Below, one piece after another: positions 25,281 through 38,010 of a DNA stretch of 64,000 nt; the stretch's first letter is position 1, and every line of letters begins with the position of its first letter. The stretch spans positions 4,782,954-4,846,953 of the forward strand of contig CM120644.1 of assembly GCA_051362555.1 (NCBI GenBank), given 5' to 3'. Under the pieces are notes generated by a model, which was not told the origin of the DNA, ran no database searches, and saw only the letters and a list, made by a program, of their open reading frames with translations. The DNA is from Lingula anatina (lineage: Eukaryota; Animalia; Brachiopoda). A program made the position numbers and the translations under genes.

Positions 25281-26577
25281 CTATCCTCTTAGGGGCGAAA
25301 TGTCACGAGCCGCGTGCTTCTCTTCCACTGAGCGCTTCCTACGCTTACCAAAACCAAAAGCACCACCGCCTCCAGGAAACTGTGGGAATTGTGGGAATTG
25401 TTGGAATTGTGGGAATACAGGCGGAGCGCCGGTCACTGGTAAGAAACTTGCAAAATTCTCTGAAATTTAGATTTAGAATAAGAACTTATAATTTGAGTAA
25501 CAAAAGATGAGTTTATGCCTTTCGTTATTATTATTACTTTTGTCTCTATTGTATATGGTGCGCTAATCACTTAGTAATTTCTGTGATAAATAGATAATTC
25601 AAGAAATAAATGAATGGGTTATTAACAATGAATAAGTAAAAAATACACAGGGACAGAATGAAGCATACAAACTTACAAACACAGACAAAAGGACCAGCAG
25701 ACGCAAAGGCAGACTGACCGTAAAGAGGAATCAGCAACCCCCCCCCCCCCCCCCCCCACACACACACATACACCCACACATAAACAGCCAAACAAACATG
25801 ACAACTTACGCTGCTGTGGTGCCAGCTGATTCTGAAAGAAACTCAGGAATGGGTTGATGGTGGTCGTTGTTGCCGGCGGAATATTCAGGCCTGGGATATT
25901 GAGTCCCGGAATATTATTGAGTCCCGGAATATTAAGGGTCGGAATACCAACTGGAAAACAAAAAGGGAGTGCCAGTAAACAGATGTACAATAACCTTGGG
26001 TGTGAATCAGGGGGGGGGGGGGGTAATATAACAGTTATCACAACCACATCCTCACTCCACCCAACCTCTAGTTCTATTTTTTTTCAATCTTTTAAATCAT
26101 TTAAATCATTTACCATAGAACACATAATATCATTAAAAAAAGATAAACAGTCTTTCACAGACCAGGAATAACATTGCAGCGCGAAGCTCAAGTAAGTAGT
26201 GATCATCTTTCAACGTTATGGATCACAATTTACAATGTTCTAAAATCATAAAAACATAACCAATATTGACATGTCTCTCCTCTCCTCAGCTCATACGATA
26301 CAAATTATCCCGCAGTGGCTAATTTCCCGGCAGATTACATGTACCTAGGTCAAGGGCGAAGCCAGGGGGCAGTTTGGGTTATGTGTCCCCTCCCTCAGCT
26401 TCCCCTCCCCCCCCCCCTTAACAACCCCCTCCCTCAAAAAACAGTAAACAAGACAAGTTAACCAAACAAATGATAAAGCAAAACACTACATTCGCCTGTG
26501 GTCAGTAAAGGTGTGTGTGTTTGACAGTTTGTGAGTGTGTTTATGCACGTGCGTGCATACTTGTGTATGTGCGTGCA

Positions 26578-26609
<32 letters not shown>

Positions 26610-27093
26610 CGTCACCATATACATATACATATACTTACATAAGTTCGAAATGATGTTGTTAGGATTATTTGGAAGGAAAATGTTCGGTAATGTGAAGGAT
26701 GGGAAGGTGACGGTCGGGACGATCGGGGCGGCTGTGGTAGCGGGGGTAGTGGCTGGTGTTGCGCCACAGAACACGGTGATCCTCCTGTAATGGTTCACAC
26801 CGGGAGCCGACCGCAAGGTTCCGCACTCGGCCATCCCGAAGAAGAAGTAGCACCCGCTGGTCGCGTTGTTGTAGTCAAATCCGAAACACATTGGGTTCGA
26901 GTTGCAGGCAGCCACGCAGGCCATGAGAGAAGTCAGGTTGGTCTGCTCCACACCACCCATGATGTTCATGTTGGGGGTGACATTGAAATTAGCCAAGAGC
27001 TGGGCAAGGGTCACTGAAATGGAATATCTGACATTAATATATTAAGCCCTCTCTCGCTCACTCTTTCTCTCTTTCCGTGTGTGTGTGTGTGTG

Positions 27094-27158
<65 letters not shown>

Positions 27159-30100
27159 ACGTACATGTACATACCTGTAAAATGCATGGATGTATGTTTC
27201 CATGTATGTACGTGCATTTGAGTGTAAATTACTTGCTGTATAAAACTGGTTCTGCTGAGATATCGGTATTTGGAGATACTGAAAGACTCCCTGAACGAAC
27301 ATGATTCCGAAATTGATGCTGACCGAGATACTAATACAGTTTTTAAAATGAGTAGATAAGATAACAAACATTAGACATTATGTACAGTTTATATAGATGT
27401 CAAAAGCACCACCATATTATGTTTTACGGGGGTGTTCTATCAGGAATAATTCGCCTGGTACGTTTCCATTAAAATGCCCATGCTTTACAAGTTGGTATAG
27501 TATCAATGAAATATAGGAACACTTACGTGTAGAAGGTGTTGTTGTCGCTGAAAGTAAAATATATATCAAATTATTTTCAAATTTTGGACAATGTGAAAAA
27601 ACAAGATATGTTTAAACTTCCATAGAAACATTTCACTTACTCGAAGATACTTATTAAACATCTACGAAAACGTATAGGCCTATATTGCAAACACTTCGCT
27701 TATATAAATAGCATGGAGAGACTGTTTTGCTTATGCATATATTAAGTCGGATAGGAGCGGGTTTAGACTCAGTGAATGTTAATTCCATCAACATGCGTGT
27801 GTATGAAGGTGTGGAAAAACAACTGTGTGCGTATATTTGATGCAAGAACAGATTTGTACTCGCGTAAGTGCTTATCTGAATGAGTGTAATAGGAAATATC
27901 AGAGGTAGCTCATCGTCTCGCGCTTTAGCGTATAAACCAGCGAGATATCGCGGAATTTGGATGGGAGTGGGTCATAAATAATGGCAGTCTAGCGGGTGCG
28001 GTACAGAAACGAGTAAGCTGACAGAATTTATCCATAGTTATTCTTCTGTTTGTTTTCGCTTAAGTTCCGTAGAATCATAGTCTGTTGCACATCAGTACAG
28101 ATTTATCACGTTTTGCGAATGGCTTTGGTATTGCTTTCTAAGGCAACAATGCATAGAGCTTCACGCTGATTGTTAAAAGTTAAGCCAATAATACTCGTGT
28201 TCTCGTTTTCTATGACGTCACAAAGTGACTACACACAAGTTTCAGACAATCTGGGAAGGACCTCGTTGGCTGAAAAAATGCACAATACGCGCGTGTTTCA
28301 ATTTCCACGCGCGTTTAGCACAACTCACTCACTTGTACAAGCTCCTACTCTCCTGTAGTTATTACAGGTCGTCTTGTTGACCAGAGCGTTACATCCAGTG
28401 ACAGCAGTGTGAAGGAAACACGTATTGAAGGCCACGTTCCAGTCGGCGGCGATACAGGTAGACATGCTGTCACAGGCGGTGGTGCAGGAAGTGGCTGAGG
28501 TGTAGTTGGCCCCCGGGAGCTGGACGCCGTTGGGGATGTGGGCGCCCATTGTCACTGTGTACATCTGTGCCACTGAAACAAAACAAGGGGAGATGTTCAT
28601 AGATTCAGGAGGTGGAAACGAGCCACTACCACTTGTTTGGTTGTTGACAACCTCATGGGTATTTGAGTTATGTAAGAACCGAGTAGTGGTAATTTGGTAC
28701 GAAATGTCTACAAGCTGTACCCTGACTTGTTCTTTATCTTTTAATTTGACCGTTTGAGCGGAATGCACCTACGGTTTTGTGAACACTGACACAGCGAAAC
28801 AGAGATAATACATACACATCCAGTGGTCGAAATATTCCGTCATTTTATCTAAATTTCAGAGCTACGTGTAGCGTTAGGAAGACGATGTTCACTTACTGAA
28901 CGTAGGCGGCATGGTTAGTGTGGTAGGCGTCACTGTAGATGGCGGTATTGTCGCTGAAAGTATTAAACACTATAGTTTAACAGACGTACGATATAAAAGA
29001 CTGGCAGTGTGAGAGGAAGGATGTGACAGGGGTGGGGGGAGGGAGGTGGGGGGGGGCTGGCAAGGTTGATTATTGTAAGTTCTAAGTTTCGAGTTTAATG
29101 CTTTCGGGTGACAATCAATCAACGTTAACAACATCCATTCCAATATTCTTTCAAAGTTTAATAACCCTATACAGTTCACAAGCTTTAGAATGCTGCATAG
29201 ATTTTTTGGTCAACCCTGAAAATTTGTCCTACCGGGTAAAGATACATTGGATTTGTACGGGTAAATACTTACTTACATAAACAACGCTATTACATGCAAA
29301 TATCTCTATTTAAAAAGCAAGTCGCCAAATGCATAACAGTACAAATCTCACAAACGTTCCCTTGATATCATGATATCATTATCATTATTATTAGATAAAA
29401 GAATACTTACAAATAGGTGTGGTTGCTGAAAAACAGAGGAAGATAAGATTTAACAGTATACAAATTGCACGTCAAGTAGTTTATGAATAGTTGAATCGAC
29501 CAAGTGCTAATGACGTACGTACAAGGCAGAGTTAAGAGACTGATTACCATGCTGGAACTATAAAGTATTACAAAAATAGTCCAATGGCGCGTGACTTGAA
29601 CGTTCCGCGATCACGTGATCAGTTCACCGTGTCATAGTTATAAAGAACAATTATTTCTTTGAGAGATTAATCGCATTTTTTTCAATTGAAGATAGGCATG
29701 TTGCGTTTATATTATCAGGTAGCACATTTTGATGAAAAAAATAAAAAGTTAAAGTTTGATTTTTAGAAGAAATACAGAAGCATTCTATACGAGAACGTAT
29801 GTGAACGTTCGCGCCAAAAACGTGTACGGTATACAGCAGTTCAACTTTGTAAATGTTTAAACAGAAAATACATGAGTTTGGCGTATTACTCCTTTATGTT
29901 ATTTCAAGATTAATAGCGTTGTTAAAAATTTAAATTTAAGTTATTTGAAAAAGCAATATCTGAACACCAAGACGGCTTGAACACGTGACACAGGACATAT
30001 TACAGTATAATGGGCACAAAACACATGTATTCTAAAAATAAGTAAATTTAAAGGGATGCTTTGGCAAACAAAACCAACCAACGATGAATAGGTTTGAAAA

Positions 30101-33100
30101 GTGATACGACGCAACTGATAGAAGGGGTCGTAAAAGGGTCTTAGTTTAGGCACCCGCGGTGCTTGTAAGTGCGCATGCGTGGCAATATCGTTTCACAGCG
30201 GGCGTAACGAAACTAAGGTCCGCGTAAAAGTCCGCCTTTCATACAGTTAAAATGGTTAGGGTTAGCCTGACCTAAGTGGGTCAAAATCTAGGGCGAGGCT
30301 CACCTGTACAAATGAATGGGAAGCGAACTCTTTCATGAGGGACTCTCCGTCACGTTACAGTGGCAGTCAGCTATTAATATACTTACTGACGCAGTTATAC
30401 TGTATCATCAGAACCGGAGACGAGTCAGCCATACACCCTGCGAAGCCAATAGGAATAGTCATCGCTGCCGTTTGTAAGGTATTAATGCTGTTCATTACAT
30501 TACACGTCCCGGCATTATTGTTGCAAATCGACTGTACTATAGGGAAAATATTGGGTTCCGTACAAGCCGGGGGATTGCCCATGTTTGGCAGGCAGACTTG
30601 AGACCCCACGACCCGACCATATGTGGCAGAAGCGATGGAGACGATTCCCGTGGCGCATGTCAGCGTCTCCATGTTGCCGAAACACGTGGTGGTGTTGGCT
30701 CCGGGGGCAGTGTCTGACAATGAGAAAGACAATGAGATCAAAGACATGTAGTTGACGGTCTCCATATATCTTTTTGGTAAGCTTCAAGTATGGGACGTGG
30801 AATGAAAAACAAAATACCTCATAATTAACTGCCAATATCTTAACGAACTATTTAGGTCTGCTGGATTGAGTCACATGGTAGCCGTCTGATACTTACTGCA
30901 GACTGCACATCTGACAGTGATGGCGTTCAAGTTGGTGACAGCTGCGTTACACCCAGTGGCCGAGAAGTGGGTGCGGCACATCAAGGTCGCTGTGTCAAAG
31001 GTGATGGCAATGCAGCTGGACCCGCAGTTAGCGGCGCAGGACTGCAGCGTTCTGGCCTGCGGTACCGTCGTCCCTCCCATCAGTTCCATATTCAGCATGC
31101 TCGTTCCAAATTTAGCTGGCAAACCTGTGCCCACTGAACAAAATATAATGGGGTTAAGCGCCAAACATGAATGGAGTTGAAGAGCAAAAGATTTATTTTA
31201 GGAACTATTTTTAAATTGGTGCTATGTCCAATATAACGCCACCACTACTGGTAGAATCTGCTGTTTGAAGAAAAATGCTACGTTCAAATGTCAACCCCAA
31301 GACCTAGCTTTTCAGTCCACACCGAGATAGAAAAATAGAAGTGATCATGAGATTAAAAAAGTAGTGCACTTACATAAAGAGGGGCTTTGCATCCTCTTCA
31401 ACGTTTCGGGTCATAACAATCTCTTCCCCCTACTTTATTACTATTATTTTGCATTCTCTTGTTCTTTACATTTACATTGGATAAAGAAAAAATAAATAAA
31501 ACATCGATTATTATTATAAAGATCGGCTCTTCTCTGAACGTTTTTACCACTAATCTGGCCTCTGGCAGCAAATGCCCCCCCCCCCCCCAACCCCACGCAC
31601 ACAAACAGAAATCACGCGATTAACTGCGGGACACGAAAGAAACACACCTGTGTCCTTCACTTAACCAAATTTGTTTCACAAGGAACTGTCATACCTAGAG
31701 AGGTCGCGAGAGAAATTATCCGCTAAGAAGTTACCTGGGCAGGCTACCCTGTATACCACCCCTGCCGAAGAAGGCACCAAGGGCGTCATACAGACAGCGG
31801 TCATTGTCATGAGTAAGAAACATCTGGTACTGGCAGTGGAGCTGTAGTCGAAGCTGATGCCGAAACAGCCCGTAGAACATGCTGCCACACATGCCGTGAT
31901 GTTGTTGGCGGAGTTGGCCATACCCCCCGGGATGGTGAACCCGGCATCTTGAGTGTCGAACTTCGCGGGGATGGAACCAGGAGGCATAAACGCTGGAAGG
32001 GGAAATCAAATAAGTTCTGTTTTTTATACCGCATTACGTTATATACATTTAAGCGCGACTGACAATACCTTTGGTGAAATTTTACAATGGACGGCTGCTC
32101 ATTGTTGTCCAAGGTACAGACTGACTGTTGATGCTTTCAGAAAGGGGAATTAGACGTAAAAATTTCATTTGTTGGTGTTTATATTCTTAAAGAATTTAAT
32201 CAGGTATAGAGGAAAGTGTATGCCACAATGTCTGTAATATTGAATGTTGAAATATTTTGTGTTTTATTTTATATTATATTCGTATGGTATCTGAATCTTA
32301 CAGACCATTCCCACAGATATTTAGATCGATCTACCCCCCGGGAAGTCTCACTAGATTGCTGTCAGCTAAACCGGCTTCAATGTCTGTCCCAACTCCTAAA
32401 AGCTGTAAGGGGGTAATTAAGGCAATAAAAACTCTTCCTTTGAGATTCAAAATTCCGCAAGAAATACATTGTAAACAACGCATGGAAATATATTCTCTTG
32501 CATTTTACCACTAAAACGGCCGTTCTTGTAGTAAAACTAAAATCTGTGCTTGTCATTGGGACATTCGGTGCCTTTCTTCCCGGTCGTTAAGGCATCCGTT
32601 GCCAATGACGTTAGGGTGTCACGCGGAATCTCGCGTTCATACGAGACCAAAATAACTTCTGGCGCCAAACGCCTGATGCAAATACGCAAACGTAAGACGG
32701 GAGTTTTTGTACAGTGCGTCGGATAACGAAAAGCCCAGAATTGCACACATTGTAGATATAAATGCATTTTGAGCAATAAGACGAATATAGCTTATAAATC
32801 TTATATTATTGTTATATAATGTTGTTGTTTTCTGCTTTTCCCGCGGTTTTGAGTAGGTCACCAGAAACTATCGCTCGATATCGCGTGACAATGCAAAGTC
32901 AGAGAGGGCTCCGTCAGTTAAAATCTCTTAAGAGATTTTGACAAAAAACCAAACGTTTAGGAAAAAACCTGGACTAACTTTGAATGCAGGAATGGGGTCG
33001 CTAACCATTGGTAAGTACAGGAAAATTGCCGTTTACTCCAGGAAAATCGAATTTATGGCAAAAAAGAAGAGTTATTATGGCTTTAACTTTTGCGCGCGCT

Positions 33101-34671
33101 CGGCTCCCGGAAGCTGACAGCAATTTAGCGTGAGTTAGGTCGATCCAGATGGGTCAATCTAAATCTGTGGGAACCCAGTCTTAGAATGGTACACAATCCC
33201 AACAATAAATACAAAACAGTTTTGGTGTATGATGGATTTAACTAACTGATTGACTGTATTTACGCAACGAAACATCATGTTGTCGACTTGCATTCTATAG
33301 TATTTCAATTATGTTTATGGACGGGAAACCGGTTGATAAAGACGACTTCGATGTCTGCGAACCTGAAATGATTGCAGGCAAACTTCAAGATAGACACAAC
33401 TGACGTCATCGAGTATGTCTGATTAGGCTTTCTGAAACAAGAGCATATATTGGGACAGTGTAGAGGTATAGTATAGAATGAGACTTACGACACAAATCGA
33501 GCCTTACGACTTCAAATGTTGCTGTAGCATCTACGATAAGAGGTCTCAGACAGGCGATAGGGGCCTGGTACAGCGTGCACGTGGGGCCCACGGTGGTAAA
33601 ATCAAAGGCGGCGCACCCCGGCATGTTCATGCATGCAGTCCTGCACGCTGCTATATCGGCGGCTGCGACCGTCATTCCTTGTAACCCCAGCCGTCGACCT
33701 GAAATGAGACAAAAATTGTGTGAAGACGGATTCGACGCATTATTGAGCAGGTCATCTGTGAATATATGACATTCATGAAAAACGGAAAATGTGATGTTTG
33801 TTCAGGTGGAACGGGAATCGAAATCAAGCTAATCAGCCGGTTATTGTTTTACCGTTACAATAATTTCTTTTTTCATTGTTAACAGAGCTACAAATGAAAT
33901 ATCGGCTTGTATAACTTATTATTTTCTTTATATTCTTTATATTTCTTTTATCTTTATATATTATTTTATATTATATTTCTTAATATAAAAGAAAAGCTTA
34001 CAATTGGAAGAAAATCTGAATTTGACATATAACAATTGAAGACATGGAGTAAAACACAATGCTTATGTTTTAATTTTCTCTAAAACAACGACATTCCAAA
34101 ATCGACTAATATTAACTCAAATTATTGTTTTTCTTTTTATCAAGAGCTTGTAAAATATGTGGGTATTTCCTCCAATATTTCTGTGACTGTCAGCCACCAT
34201 CATCAGGGAGTAAATGACTAATATTAATATCGTTAAGGCGTCCTATTTCATATTCTGCTTTTCAAGAAGAATATGCAATTACATTTCGTGAAAGGAAAAT
34301 CATGGTGTCACTGTGAAATCTATCGTAGTCACCGGACGCAATCGCTTCTTCCAGTTTTAAGTTGTTAAATAATGTTGCATTTGTCTTATTTTACTTAAAA
34401 CCACGTGAACATTGAGTGTTTGACTGGTTTCGCACCAGTTTAGACACCAGTACAATTTCAGCTGTATAAAAATAAAATGGATTGATCTCAGTAAATATAT
34501 ATATATTTAAAAACTGATAACGCTTGTCATTTTTACATTTGAAGAATTTTTACATTTAAATAAATAAATAAATAACTTACCAGCCTGTGCATCACATTGC
34601 GAGATTCTGGACAATACCATCAGCAATGAAAACAAGTTGCAATAACTTAGCAGACGAGAGACGCCGCCCAT
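25281..34671 (-). CDS. PAN cluster gene B: secreted protein, signal peptide + 3 PAN + SUEL-type lectin domain + 2 PAN + uncharged tail + GKRRKR site (697 aa); exons 34581-34671, 33489-33698, 31735-31992, 30897-31133, 30387-30713, 29411-29425, 28333-28572, 27527-27547, 26639-27013, 25810-25950, 25281-25459
   Basis: Eleven exons, all introns phase 1 GT-AG, internal lengths 210/258/237/327/15/240/21/375/141 nt with no stops. Exon 5 (TTCFGNMETLTCATGIVSIASATYGR...C...C...VQSIC...C.V...C...LMIQYNC) has the 8-Cys spacing and YGR motif of SUEL/Gal_Lectin domains. The protein ends ...FPQFPGGGGAFGFGKRRKRSVEEKHAARDISPLRG*. The 15-nt micro-exon is the least certain exon. Confidence 0.85.
32302..33181. 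mobile_element. Foldback MITE interrupted by a Kolobok-like MITE (32421-33082, TTAA TSD)
   Basis: The outer halves 32302-32416 and 33087-33181 match the intact copy at 49268-49455. The inner element has TTAA on both sides and imperfect TIRs GGCAATAAAAACTCTT / AAGAGTTATTATGGCT. Confidence 0.8.
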
Positions 34672-37147
34672 GGTCGTCGGTAAACCTGTCGTCTGCGCGC
34701 TGCTCTCGCAAACGAAAGAATGGTAAAATATCGAAATCAGCACCGCTTAAAAAGTCATAAACATCAGCGGACATTATTCATGAAATGTAAAACAAATGCA
34801 AGACAAGCAAGTCAAAGAAAACAATAAAATTTTAGAATTCCTGCATTTCTTAACAGAGCTGGAAGCAAATCCGGTATTTAGTTTATTCGCCATGCAATTT
34901 TCTCTCCTCATTTGGGAATTTTGGAAAAAATGACAAAAAGATAAGTTTGATCGCATGCAGTTTGCCAATTGTCTTGTTTATTTATTTATTTTCTATATAT
35001 TTATTTATGCCCCAAAAACGAAATTCTGGCCCTCAAAGTAAGGGAAATGGGCATTAAAAATTATTTCCGACATTTTGACCTAAGACAAGGCCCAGTACAG
35101 GCCTCGGAGGGGCGGTCGGTTTGTTCCTTTCACATTCCATATTTTATATCTGCCTGCGAGGAACACATATCTTCAATGAAATTTATTTGTTTTATTATCC
35201 CCTCTGGTGATCGAGTTAAGTATAATGAGATTTTATCGTTCAACTCAGTTATGAAAAGCATTAAAAGACATTAACACTGTGTTGCCGTTAAAGAGATTTT
35301 TCATCCTATGAACTGATAGTAAATAGTAGCAATTAAAACTAGAAACGCATTAAATAGCAAAGACAACTTGATGAACTTTAGAATCTTTTTAACAAGGCAA
35401 AACCACTGCTACTGTTCGGGACCCGAGGGAAAGTGGCCTATCACTAAATATGATATCCTTTTTTTCTCCGTACATATTGATGACTAGAAATAAGCGAACC
35501 TCAATGTCCGACTACCACTACCGTTTTTGTAGTGCGACTCTCATTTCAAAACTGCTCTTCATGATTATCATTTGTTTAGAAAAGTTAATGTCGGACGACA
35601 GGGTCATCTTTTTGAATCGGGAAAAATATACTTGATACATCAGATATAATTCGAATGTAAACATTTTCGAGAAAAAGAGTCAGAATTTACATCACCTTAT
35701 TTGAACTTCGGTAACAGCCCGACAAATTAAGCTTTAGGTGAAAGTGAATACTCTTGTCTCGTTATTTTATTGAGCTTAAAAATGAAATGTTCATAATTTT
35801 GCTGTTTTATCAACGATTGCCAATAAATAATGCACATAGCTATGACCGAACATTGGACACAGTAATTTCCTCGACAGGTCACTTTGGCTCACCTGAACGA
35901 AGCATCTGAGCGATAAGAAGGTCAGAAACAAACAAAAAATCGCTGTGTTAATTGAATCAGACATATAATCTCCATAAACTTAGTTATAACCTACTCTTCC
36001 CATAACAATCATTTACACACCAAGTAGATACTCGCCTCTTATTTATAGTTATCTTTTAAAAAAAGTCTAAAGGATGATTGAACTCATTTACCGAGCCCGA
36101 GCGCTGCAGGCAGGAGGAACAACCTAGCGTACAGTAAGTCGACAGGAAGCGTCCAGTACCGTCCGGCACGACACATATGACGTCGTGGCGCCGGACAACA
36201 GATAGACACCACTGACGGCCACGAGAGGCATTTCCTTTGCTGGAGAGCACGTGAAGTAGTATTAAGACAGTTTGGTGCGGAAGGTGGAAGTGCTTGCGCG
36301 CATGCGCTGTGTAAAAGACCATGGCCACTGGATTTTTTCACCAGATATTGACGGATATATCTGTGAGTAATTCTGTGCACGAAACATTTACCAAATCTTA
36401 AAAAAATGTTATCGCCCGAAGATGGGCCATATTACGTAAGAACCTACACCAAACCTGTGAACACATTTAGAAAGGATTTTTCCCCGACCAGAGAAGTGTC
36501 CTGAAATAGACGAAAATCTTCCGAGTTTGTAGAACTTATGGAATTTATTTAACAAGAATGTTAACGTGTCCCTTTTATTGTTTCACAACTTTCAAGTCAC
36601 GGTATTTTTTACTGTTTAAAACTTGTCTTGCCTCTATTAAATCGAGTTTAAACGTCTTTTAATGTCTGTTGCTTGTCGCTCTTCAAATTAAACGACATAA
36701 AAATTAATTTTGATTAACAACGCGTTCCAGAGGTCAAGGGCCAAAAGGATAAAACTCTTTTATTAGGCATTAAGCCTGGTGCAAAGACATCAAAATCCAA
36801 AATCAACACGACATCGTGCCGCTGAGGGCAACAGATAGGGCTAGTTTACCCGGAGGAAGAGCTGTAATACACCTGAATTTGCACAACTAGGTGGAAAATG
36901 TTGTGTTCAGTTTTTATTGCCTTCATTATTAACGATCGATCGGAATGCCAAGTTTTCTACTATTTAATCCGTGCCCTGGTTGTTTGTAAATTCTTAATTC
37001 TGTGACCGTTGAGAGTGCGCCGTGAGTAAATAAAACATCACCTTACACATACTGAAAGTGGTCATATTTATGGATACAACGCCGTGCTGAGGTTACAGAC
37101 AATTGTCTCTCTAAGATAACCTGTAAACACATACATGCATGCACGTG

Positions 37148-37148
<1 letters not shown>

Positions 37149-37184
<36 letters not shown>

Positions 37185-37250
37185 AAATACTGTGCCAAAT
37201 GTTCGGTTTCCTGATCGATTCTTATCCTGTCACAGTAATGGACGTGGTTG

Positions 37251-37296
<46 letters not shown>
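37149..37296. repeat. (CA)n and (AAT)n microsatellites
   Basis: Directly visible at about 37149-37180 and 37252-37296. Confidence 0.9.
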
Positions 37297-37299
<3 letters not shown>

Positions 37300-38010
37300 A
37301 TTTTATTGGTTATAGCACATTTTTACTAAAGGTCAAACAATAGTTCATTGCAACGACGATTTGTTGTGATCTACAATAAAATTAAAAGGACAATCACACA
37401 GCTAATGGATCATAATGCTACTTTATTGTGACTTGTGATAGTATCATTGTGTCACTATCAATACACCTGGTATTAATTTTGGGGGCAAGACATACCGTGC
37501 GTCAATAAGACGTATTTCTGAAGCTTTCCACTCAGCATAGCAACACTAGTGCTACGTAATGAAAAGTTAATAAAACACAAATGATAAAAAAGATAATCCT
37601 GCTACCACTGGGAAGTCTCAGTGAGGCGGAGGTTGAGATAACGGGCAGTTTCTCGGCGTTTTCGTTAACAGACCTAGGCCCTACTAATAGTCACACAGAC
37701 GTCAAACAATATGTTAATGTACATTAAAGCTATCTGTGACATTTGTGAGAGATGCTTAGGTTATCATAACGCTTGACAGGTTGGTCTTATTAGGAAATAC
37801 TAGGACTGGGTAGATTGCAATTATGCATTGTACAATCTGTGGTGATATGGAAGCAATCTTCTCGGCAGTGACGTCAGACGTCATTTCCGCTGTGGTGACC
37901 ATAATGATACATTTTGTTTAAAAACGATTATAACGTATTCAAACAACAGCTATTTGCAATCTATGTCAGTGGTGAATTAAATATACTGCAACTGCCCTTG
38001 CCAGTGGTAT

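Noticed and set aside
31374-31395. Possible extra micro-exon in gene B (GTAAGT donor present)
   Set aside because: No pyrimidine-rich acceptor giving a frame-preserving exon.
6560-35407. Genes A and B as uncollapsed haplotypes or an assembly artefact
   Set aside because: Introns differ by many substitutions and indels, with distinct TE insertions and exon content, which favours true paralogs. Read-level confirmation is still advisable.
37600-37675. Possible further coding exon of gene C
   Set aside because: The preceding exon already ends in a stop (GRK*) with no suitable donor before it.
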